From: Octopus sinensis
Taxonomy: Eukaryota
NCBI RefSeq assembly: GCF_006345805.1
Contig: NW_021824915.1
Span: 1-17,515 of the forward strand
Direction of reading: 5' to 3'
Length of the DNA stretch: 17,515 bases
The stretch's first letter is position 1, and each line of letters starts with the position of its first letter. The notes below the pieces were generated by a model that had not been told where the DNA came from, did no database searches, and worked only from the letters and a program-made list of their open reading frames with translations. Shown in pieces: positions 9,866 to 17,515 of this stretch. Position numbers and translations under genes: made by a program.

Positions 9866-10783
9866 TGTTAATTTTAAATATCCAGTGTATGCTAAACTGA
9901 CGAACAGAAAAAAAAAAAAAAAATATAAATGAAATTAAAGGGAGAATGGAAGATAGATAGGCAGGAAACAAGGACATTTCGCATTTATTCAAGTCTTAGC
10001 GTTTAGGAAATTAATATGTTTAGGCGCCCTCCTTCTGTTATGTACAAAGACGAAGAATTTTGGCTTTTGGTAACAAGACACCTAATGATTGAAATATATT
10101 TGTTGAACGGAGGAAACACTTGAAGTAGATGAGATGACACAGCAGTCGAGTTTAGATCTGAGGAACTTGGAATTCAAGAGATTTGCGAAGTAATTAGATG
10201 GAAAATGATATGGAAGTCGTAGAATGAAACGTAATATATCTGTGAGAGACAAAGAAGGTGCCGCAACGTGGTTGTTCGGTTTGCTGGAAAAAAAAAAGTG
10301 GGGAGGAAAAAGAAAAGGAGACAATTGCCTTCAAATTACTGTTTATCGTCTCGGAAAACGAAAGATAAGTCTGAGATACGGATAACACTATTTTATTAGA
10401 AATAAGACAGGTTCGTCATGGCCAGAACCCTTTTGATCATAACAAGCCTGCACGACATCGGCTTCCAACCAGTCTGTCAATTCATTATGCTTCCGTTGTT
10501 GAAATAGTGATTTATGTTTAGCCCTAGGTCAATTGTGACCGAATAGAATTAAGATCAATGATTTTACGACACTGATTACTTCCTCATTTTTAAAGGTCTC
10601 TAAGACTATAAATAAGACTATAATAATGTGTCTGTTTCCGAAGTTGATACAAAGGGCATTTGAGGGATATTTAACTGTGATTTCTACCAATTATAAACAA
10701 TTATTATCGAGCCCTTTTCTCACCCGATACTGTAACAAATCCATCGTCTTGAAATGGTATTGTCTGTACTGAACTACGAAAAA

Positions 10784-11184
10784 TCTCTCTCTATATAAAG
10801 CTGAAGTTGTCTGTGTATGACAGTTTTGGTAGCCTTCAACTAACACTATCTCCTCCGAGACCCTGCGGCGCAAGTTGACCAAAATTGAAAGTATGATAGA
10901 AGAAGGCTTGCTCTTCATTTCGTAGAAGAAAAAATTCAAATCGGGCCATGTTAACACCAACAATTATTTACATCAAAAAGGTGCTTTTTTTCTATGGAAA
11001 TCTCTATTTTTTTACGATTGACTGCTCGTATTGACTGCTGTGTCGTCAGTTTTCGGTGTATTTCAACCAGAAAAAATGTTCGCTTAAAGAGAATAACATG
11101 CTACATAATGAAATTTTTTACTTTTCAAAAATTCCAATTCTAAAGGGTCGAAACAAACCGAGCAGCGCCGGACGATACTGCTAG
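10784..11184 (+). mobile_element. Non-autonomous Helitron (401 bp)
   Basis: Begins 5'-TC after an A (a|tctctctctatataaagctgaagttg). Ends with a GC-rich hairpin (ccgagcagcgccgg), a short spacer and CTAG followed by T (11181-11185). An A|T target with no TSD is the canonical Helitron signature. Confidence 0.85.
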
Positions 11185-11197
11185 TTGGTAGATAAAG

Positions 11198-11292
11198 TTG
11201 GATTCAGCAGAATTCGAACCCCGTTCAACGAGTACCGAGATAACTATCGCTTGATAATTTCTAGCGGATATACTAACAATTCTGCCAGCTCA
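11198..11292 (-). mobile_element. Degenerate family B SINE tRNA head
   Basis: gcagaattcgaacc reads as a B box (ggttcgaatt) on the minus strand. The end ctaacaattctgccagctc matches 3668-3685. Confidence 0.55.
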
Positions 11293-11310
11293 TAAGATTA
11301 AAGCTGAGAT

Positions 11311-11440
11311 ATCCTACTTAATATCAAGTATTACATACTTACAACTTACTATAGTATTAAGTATTGCATGCTTACTACTTAATTCAGTATTAAGTATTCT
11401 ATGATTAACACTTAGTGCAATATTACATACTTACCATAGT
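11311..11440. repeat. Degenerate 33-bp minisatellite (~3.5 copies)
   Basis: Ungapped units at 11327-11359, 11360-11392 and 11393-11425; units 1 and 2 are 27/33 identical. Confidence 0.75.
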
Positions 11441-11540
11441 CCATGGCATTGAAGACGCACACTTTCTAATGTCTCAAAAACTTATGTCGGGTTCTACATT
11501 AGATGCTACGTTTAGATAACTTTAAGTATTACTTCAATGC

Positions 11541-11931
11541 GGATCTTTTCGGTTTGAACGGCAGTTTTTTTCTAGCGGTGTCATATGAAATTGTCACCCA
11601 TAATTATGATCCTGGTATTTCAATCTATTTAGGGTTAGGAGGAAGGGTATATTTTTTTCTTCACAAATGTAAATAAACCCAATCTGTTTCTTAAACGAGG
11701 GACATATTCATAGGGCACAGAATGTTTTTTACCTCAATGGACGTCATTGATTGGTTGAAATTGCAGAAATTGAAGAAAAAACAACAACAAATATCTTACA
11801 ACCATAGAATTGTCTCAATAAAGCCAGAGAAAAAGATGTTTTATAAACACATTCTACCAGTATACGGAGTTTAAAATTTTTTAGTTACCTAGAAATTATG
11901 TTAGAAACTGCCGTTCAAACCGAAAAGATCC
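11541..11931. mobile_element. MITE with perfect 27-bp TIRs; Mutator-like from the 9-bp TSD
   Basis: ggatcttttcggtttgaacggcagttt (11541-11567) is the exact reverse complement of 11905-11931. The flanking 9-mers cttcaatgc and tttcaatga match at 7/9. No ORF. Confidence 0.88.
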
Positions 11932-12072
11932 TTTCAATGAATTAAAACTCTTCTGAATATGCGTTGCTGAACCAATGGGACTGACTCTCGTGTATCTGTT
12001 ATGTCACTAAATTCGGTAGTGTTTAAATATTTTGTCTCATTAAATAATTCTTTGTCACCGATTGGTGACAGA

Positions 12073-12357
12073 GGAGGTGCAGTGGCCCAGTGGTTAGGGC
12101 AGCGGACTCGCGGTCGGAGGATCGCAGTTTTGATTCCCAGACCGGGCGTTGTGTGTGTTTATTGAGCGAAAACACATAAAAGCTCCACGAGGCTCCGGCA
12201 GGGGGTGGTGGCGATCCTTGTAATCTTTCGCCACAACTTCCTCTCACTCTCTCTTCTTGTTTCTTGAGTAACGCTGCGATGGACTGGTCGCAGAAACCGG
12301 GAAACCGGGCCCATGAGCCTGGCTAGGCTTGAAAAGGGCGAAAAAGAGGGAGAAGAG
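12073..12357 (+). mobile_element. Full-length tRNA-derived SINE, family C, with a 13-bp TSD
   Basis: A box tggcccagtgg, B-box-like gttttgattcc. Perfect direct repeat gattggtgacaga at 12060-12072 and 12358-12370. Confidence 0.93.
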
Positions 12358-12397
12358 GATTGGTGACAGACTCACTACAGAATCATATAAATTGCCT

Positions 12398-12506
12398 TTA
12401 CATTCTGAGTTCAAATCCCGCCGAGTGGGTAGTCACCTTTGCCTTTCATCTTCACAATCGATCAAATACAATCCTAGTCAAATACTGAGGTCGATATAAT
12501 CGAACA
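12398..12506 (+). mobile_element. Degenerate family B SINE fragment (B box plus central domain)
   Basis: ctgagttcaaatcccgccgag (B box) … ctttgcctttcatc … tgaggtcgatataatcga. Confidence 0.6.
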
Positions 12507-12635
12507 TAACATTTCACCAAATTTGAGTCTTTATGTGTTTATATTAAAAGTTAATATTAACACAGTAGGAGTTTATTTTCTGACTATTCTAAGCCAACGT
12601 TTTCTATTATTCAATAAACTACCCAACTTTATTTA

Positions 12636-12935
12636 TGGAGGCTCATGGCCTAGTGGTTAGAGCAGCGGTCGAGGGATCGTAGGTTCGAATCTCAGACCGG
12701 GCGATGTGTGTGTTCATGAGCGAAACACCTAAGCTCGACACGGCTCCGGCAGAAGGTAATGGCGAACTTCTACTGACGCTTTCGCTACAAATTTCTCTCA
12801 CTCTTTCCTCCTGCATCTTGCAGCTCACCGGCAACGGACCTGTGTCCCGTCCAGGTGGGGAACCTATACGCGAAGGAAACCGGGAAACCGGCCCTATGAA
12901 CCAGGCGTGGCTCGAGAAGGAACAAACAACAAAAT
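12636..12935 (+). mobile_element. Full-length family C-related SINE (sister subfamily) with a 12-bp TSD
   Basis: A box tggcctagtgg, B box ggttcgaatctc. Perfect direct repeat caactttattta at 12624-12635 and 12936-12947. Shares cagaccgggcg, gagcgaaa, ggctccggcag and gaaaccgggaaaccgg with 12073-12357. Confidence 0.93.
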
Positions 12936-13062
12936 CAACTTTATTTAGACTCCCTCGAAAATACACGACCAAATACACTGATAACAGAATTAATACTTCA
13001 AACATTTAATTAGATTATAATGATTACCTAAGTAATTAAAACAGTTTCCATTTTATATAAAA

Positions 13063-13504
13063 CTAGCAGTATCGCCCGGCGTTGCTCGGGTTTGTAAGGG
13101 AAATAACTATATAAGCATTTTTAGAGAGTTACTTCCTTTATAGATGCCAATTCGGGCTTTCTTAGCCATTTCTGTTTTGGTGTCTTCAAGCCATGAAGTC
13201 GTTGTTCTAAAAGAACGCTGGTCTCCTTGACAACGCATTACGACGTTGATTTTCCTTAAACTCCCTTCCCCACAGCTTCACGAGGGAGGGAAGAGGGGGA
13301 GAAGCAAACACAGGTGCAGGTTTTTGAGCGTGGACGCCAACCCGCCGCCATCGACACACGAAAAATTATTCATTAAAATGGAATAAAAATGATGTTAATT
13401 ATTTTTAAAATCGTAGACTCGGGCTCGATATTAAAATGTGGGAGGAGTTAGGAATCTAAATCGTAGAGACAGACACTCACCCAACTACAGTTTGTATATA
13501 TAGA
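13063..13504 (-). mobile_element. Non-autonomous Helitron (442 bp), second family
   Basis: Minus strand reads a|TCtatatacaaactgtagttg … cccgagcaacgccggg (hairpin) cgatactg CTAG|t. A|T target, no TSD. Confidence 0.88.
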
Positions 13505-13603
13505 TGTAAATGTTATCTAAGCCCCACCTCAATAGGAGCATCTAGGACGACATTGTTATATACTTTTACCCCCTTTTTAAAGACAGTAGTGAGTGAATTG
13601 AGA

Positions 13604-14758
13604 ACTATTCACCTACTATTTCTTGTAGGTCACGACGTGAAGATTTGTAAGTGACTCCTGTCGCCCTAGTGACTTGTTCGTTAGTTTCAGCTACGAGATA
13701 AAAGCTCCCTCAGTGGTTGAGCTACAACACAAAGTTTCTCACGAGGATTTCAAGACTAATTTTTTTTTTTATCTCAGGAACCACGGTATTAAGTGCAGGA
13801 AAGATAAATCTGCTCAAGGATTAGACACCGGAAACTTATAGAAAACCTGTTTAGCTGTCCCCGGCACCGAAGTGTAGCGAAGTGCTTAGACTTAAAACGA
13901 CACTACATAACGACACTTTCGCCTTTGAATTGAACCTAAGATCAATGAATTAATAATGTATTGCTACAACTGCTCGACTCAGTCAACGGCTATCTTTACT
14001 CTTTACTCCTTTACTTGTTTCAGTCATTTGACTGTGGGCATGCTGGAGCACCACCTTTAGTCGAGCAAATCGACCCCAGGACTTATTCTTTGTAAGCTAG
14101 GTAGTACTTATTCATCGTCGTTTTTGTCGAACCACTGAGTTACGGGCACGTAAACACACCAGCATCGGTTGTCAAGCGATGTTGGGGGGACAAACATAGA
14201 CACACACACATACACATACACACACACACACACTCCTCTCTCTCTCTGTCTCTCACACACGCATTTAGATATATATATTATATATATATTATATATATAT
14301 ATATATATTATATATATTATATAATATATATATATTATATATATATTATATATATATATATATTATATATATATATATATATAATCGACGGGCTTCTTTC
14401 AGTGTTCCGTCTACCAAATTCACTCACAAGGCTTTGTTGGCCCGAGGCTATAGTAGAAGACTTTGTCCCCAGGTGCCACGCAGTGGGACTGAACCTGGGA
14501 ACCATGTGGTTGTTAAGAAGCTACTTACCACACAGCCACTAAAATTCTCGTATTGATTTCATTGCACTATGGTGGTTGAAGTCCAAGTCAGTCTTTCTGT
14601 AGTAAACCTTAAATCAAAGGTGTCCCAGAAGTGACATCATTTCGCACAGAATGGTAAACTAGAATGGTTAGCTGAAACTAACGAACAAGTCTCTAGGGCG
14701 ACAGGAGCCACTTACAAATCTTCACGTCGTGACCTACAAGAAATAGTAGGTGAATAGT
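13604..14758. repeat. 90-bp near-perfect inverted repeat enclosing 975 bp (possible TIR element or inverted duplication)
   Basis: 13604-13693 matches the reverse complement of 14669-14758 at 88/90 with no gaps. Confidence 0.92.
13993..14540 (-). mobile_element. Near full-length family A SINE with internal (CA)/(CT)/(TA) tracts
   Basis: Reverse complement is collinear with 5822-6297. The head is at 14540 (agtggctgtgtggtaagtagc…ggttcagtccc) and the tail (tcttta/cttta)n at 13993-14015. Confidence 0.95.
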
Positions 14759-14897
14759 GGAGGCGGAATGGCCCAGTGGTTAGGGCAGCGGACTCGCGGT
14801 CATAGGATCGCGGTTTCGATTCCCAGACCGGGCGTTGTGAGTGTTTATTGAGCGAAAACACCTAAAAGTTCCACGAGGCTCCGGCAGGGGATGGTTG
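14759..14897 (+). mobile_element. Family C SINE 5' portion (3'-truncated)
   Basis: Nearly identical to 12073-12210; A box tggcccagtgg, B box ggtttcgattccc. Confidence 0.92.
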
Positions 14898-15203
14898 TGA
14901 TAACTCAATGTGTACTTTTTTTCTAGGGTAGTAATTCATATGATTTGGGGAAGATTTAGCTGTCATTCCTCGCAGGCTGATCGACCGTGTAAGTGATTGC
15001 TTCATTGGCTTGGAGAGTTACAGTAATCGTTTGTTTTTGTTTAAACCCCAGGTCAGTCTCGATCCAGGAGACGAATGAGACATCCCAGAAAGACATTCCA
15101 GCTTTGACTATCCCAATCGAAATACATTACTGTTGTGACCAGCAAGTCTTTTGTTGTTGTTGTTGTTGTTATTCAGTCAAAGGATATCTAAAATCACATT
15201 ATA

Positions 15204-15754
15204 TTGGGTTGTCCGGAAAGTTCGTGCCAACTCATAGTAGCTTACCTTAGACTTATTTTAGAACATGGTGAGTCCAATAAAATAGGATTTGACTACACCT
15301 CCATTAGAGCACAGTTTAAGCTATCTTTTCGTGGAAGAAGGTTTAGTTCCGATAACCTGTGTTAATTCTGTAACCCTAAGAAAGTTCATTTTCGGCACTT
15401 GATGTTTTGGGGGACCAGACAAAAATTGCTGCAGCTCGGCTGGGATATGCTACTCCACCCTCCATATTCACCAGATATTGCTCCTTCGGATTTCCACTTA
15501 TTCAGGTCCCTGCAGAATAGTCTTAATGGTAAAATATTTCAATTCCTTGAATGACATAAAAAGATACCTTAATGAATTCTTTACCATGAAACCACCTCAA
15601 TTCTGGGGACAGGGTATTTTCAAGTTAAAGGAAAGATGGAGACGCATTGTGCAACAAAATGGTTCATATTCGGTTGATTAAAAATGTAATGGCAAGTATT
15701 TATTGACCTTTTTCTTTCCTTAAAAAATCGGCACGAACTTTCCGGACAACTCAA
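15204..15754 (+). mobile_element. Internally deleted mariner (Tc1/mariner) element, 551 bp
   Basis: TIRs ttgggttgtccggaaagttcgtgcc (15204-15228) and 15730-15754 match at 24/25. TA TSDs lie at 15202-15203 and 15755-15756, and transposase remnants are inside. The TTGGGTTG start resembles mellifera-subfamily TIRs (recollection). Confidence 0.95.
15381..15681 (+). pseudogene. Mariner transposase remnant (N-terminal stub fused to C-terminal part of the catalytic domain, frameshifted)
   Basis: Reads KVHFRHLMFWG|TRQKLLQLGWDMLLHPPYSPDIAPSDFHLFRSLQNSLNGK, then after a frameshift near 15535 FNSLNDIKRYLNEFF…KLKERWRRIVQQNGSYSVD*. It contains the mariner YSPDLAPSD motif with the third catalytic Asp. Confidence 0.93.
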
Positions 15755-16309
15755 TAGAATGCATACTTTCTTTTTGATAACAGTACGGTGTAGGAAGAAT
15801 CTGAGGTAAAATTTGCAGTTATTTCTTGGAAGTCACTCGACCAGGTAGATGCTCCCTTGAGCCCGTTTGATTGATTTGATAACTTAGATGTGTTTGTGTG
15901 AAAACGAAAAATTCTCTGTTGGCAGAGAATTGATAGTTTAGAAGAGAGGTGTGAATGAAGATGAAGCAAATAACAACAAAGGTTGTGAAATAAATGAGAA
16001 AGTAAAATGGACGAAAAGTGAGGAGAAACAACAAAAAATAAAATAAAATAAACGAAGAGGAAAACCCCCCCCAAAAAACCCAACACATAATGGAGTCGTG
16101 AAATAAATAGGAGAAAAATGTATCTGATGAAATGCTAGAATGAGAATTTGATGACGGATGGGATATATGGTAAAAAGACGACGTTGATTGTGGTAGGTCT
16201 GTGGAGTGTGTCAAATAAAGTTGTAAGTGGGGGGATGGAAAAAAAAGGAATGCAAATAGAAAACAAATATGGCGAATGAAATATTGACACGCACAGACAG
16301 AAACGCACA

Positions 16310-16376
16310 CATACATGCATACATGCTACATATACAAATATATATATATATATATATTATATTTACTCATATATGC

Positions 16377-16407
<31 letters not shown>

Positions 16408-16600
16408 TTATTATATATATATATCTATATAATACGTAACATATTTGTTTTTATATATACATGTACTGACATATGTACATACACAGGCAAAAATGTACAC
16501 GTTTTGTGTGTGTGTATATGTGTGTGCGTGTGTTTGTGTTGTTTTGTTTGTGTGTGTGTGGGTGTGTGTGTGGTGTGTGTGGTGTGTGTGTGGTGTGCAG
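16310..16600. repeat. (TA)n followed by degenerate (TG)n
   Basis: Direct inspection. Confidence 0.95.
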
Positions 16601-16780
16601 GTGTAAGCCGTTCGTCGCTTCACACTTGTAAAACTTTCATGGTTCGAAAGATAAAATATATTGCCGTGTCACTCGTTAACGCAAGCAGTTGATAACCGCC
16701 AGGAATGTAATGACAAAATATATTCAAGTAAACCCAGTTTTCGGTGACATGCGGCAAGGAGAATAGCACAAACCAGCGTA

Positions 16781-17020
16781 AACGATGACTTTCTCTGCCT
16801 GGTGTCTATAGCGAAGAAACTTGTATGGTTGGACGTAGTGGGGGAGTTTGAGGGCAGAGAGATTTTCCTTTCGGTCCTGATCTTCGGTCCTTTCTTTAAG
16901 TAACAACTGAAGAGGAAAATAAAACTAGTAAAGGAGGCGATTCCATTCAGTAAATTTTATGGTAAGTGGATGTGGGTTACAAAACTGTTGCGGTTATGTG
17001 AAATCTGCTGTTGTTGTTAA
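16781..17020 (+). pseudogene. Decayed C-terminus of an L1/Tx1-clade LINE ORF2
   Basis: One frame reads NDDFLCLVSIAKKLVWLDVVGEFEGREIFLSVLIFGPFFK*QLKRKIKLVKEAIPFSKFYGKWMWVTKLLRL…*, with a single internal stop at 16901. The hydrophobic-AK-x-x-x-W … F-x-x-x-W pattern resembles L1/Tx1 ORF2 C-termini (recollection, not a search result). Confidence 0.5.
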
Positions 17021-17515
17021 GCAACAAGACGGGTAAGAGTGATTAGGTGATGGTCTAGGGCTTAGGGGCGGGAGACCCCAGATCTTGAAAAAAAAAAAAA
17101 ACTTTGGTCGTCTTGTTGTAGCCGAGGGTTCTTCGTTGACGCCCGACACCACTGGGAGGTGACCCTCGAAGTCGCTGGAAATGGAGATCTCCAGGTCCAA
17201 ATTCTTGAACGGCTGTGAAACCTGCTGTAGCTGTATGATTGTATGCTTGTATCAAGGACAAAGAGAAGGCATTCGCCACTAATATGCCATGGTAGTCTTT
17301 GAGTTTACCATACCCGCTCAATGTGGGTGCCCCTTCAGTTGTGGGGATTATCCTTCCTTATTACTACTGCTATTATTGTTATCATTTATTTATTTATCGT
17401 TATTGTTATTAACGATCCCAGCCTTTTATTTTTTCCTTGCTCTTGTTTGTTTTTGTTTTATATTTTTCCTTTTATGGTCCTCATCTTTCAGGGCCTTTTT
17501 TAGCAATTAAAAGGT
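17021..17515 (+). mobile_element. Probable 3' UTR of the same LINE (G-rich tract, A14 run, T-rich tail region)
   Basis: Follows the ORF2-like stop directly. G-runs at 17046-17072, A14 at 17088-17101, and a T-rich segment at 17360-17500. The extent is uncertain. Confidence 0.35.

Noticed and set aside
9897-9910. CUGACGA…GAAA hammerhead core-like string (also CTGACGA near 1053 and CTGATGA near 16123)
   Set aside because: No stem II, stem III or stem I pairing, and no properly placed GAAA/NUH.
10405-10590. Possible inverted pair of old repeat fragments (also ~15040-15115)
   Set aside because: Similarity is only about 50-60% and rests on recollection of a consensus; not supportable from this sequence.
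10691-10963. 90-aa minus-strand ORF
   Set aside because: Mostly antisense to the non-autonomous Helitron and crosses its boundary; no recognisable domain.
11327-11425. 33-bp periodicity as a CRISPR-like array
   Set aside because: Units are contiguous with no spacers, the context is eukaryotic, and there are no cas genes.
12073-12140. tRNA gene (A and B boxes); likewise at 12636, 14759 and in family A heads
   Set aside because: Continues into a SINE body with TSDs, has no complete cloverleaf, and lacks an oligo-T terminator.
12643-13009. 120-aa (-) and 101-aa (+) ORFs
   Set aside because: Both lie within the GC-richer SINE and run across its TSD.
16724-16967. Strong minus-strand acceptor at 16907 (ttttattttcctcttcag) with open frames, and plus-strand donor G|GTAAGT at 16962
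   Set aside because: Both fall inside the LINE ORF2-like remnant, and no coherent exon pair emerges. Exonisation cannot be excluded without RNA-seq.
17102-17218. Plus-strand SRGFFVDARHHWEVTLEV resembling the SPRY/B30.2 motif GRHYWEV
   Set aside because: Spacing is off, the frame stops after ~38 codons with no further SPRY motifs, and it is the antisense register of the GC3-biased minus frame.

Overview
AT-rich eukaryotic, non-genic (intronic or intergenic) DNA. The repeat families look like octopus (coleoid cephalopod) repeats; this is recognition from memory, not a database result. No host protein-coding gene can be supported, and almost every ORF in the supplied track is a translated microsatellite or transposon. 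The first ~10 kb is dominated by microsatellites ((AAT)n, (TA)n, (TAC)n, (TATC)n, (ATT)n) with scattered tRNA-derived SINE fragments. From 10.4 to 17.5 kb is a dense patchwork of mobile elements: two non-autonomous Helitrons, a Mutator-like MITE, SINEs with intact target-site duplications, an internally deleted mariner and a decayed L1/Tx1-like LINE 3' end. Three observations stand out. (1) A minimal type I hammerhead-ribozyme-like motif forms the loop of a 51-bp inverted repeat at 6-138, resembling a Penelope-like pseudo-LTR. (2) A 90-bp, 88/90-identical inverted repeat lies at 13604-13693 and 14669-14758. (3) An intact 107-codon orphan ORF (~52% GC, ~67% GC3) at 5266-5589 has flanks showing a local duplication and an enclosing inverted repeat.
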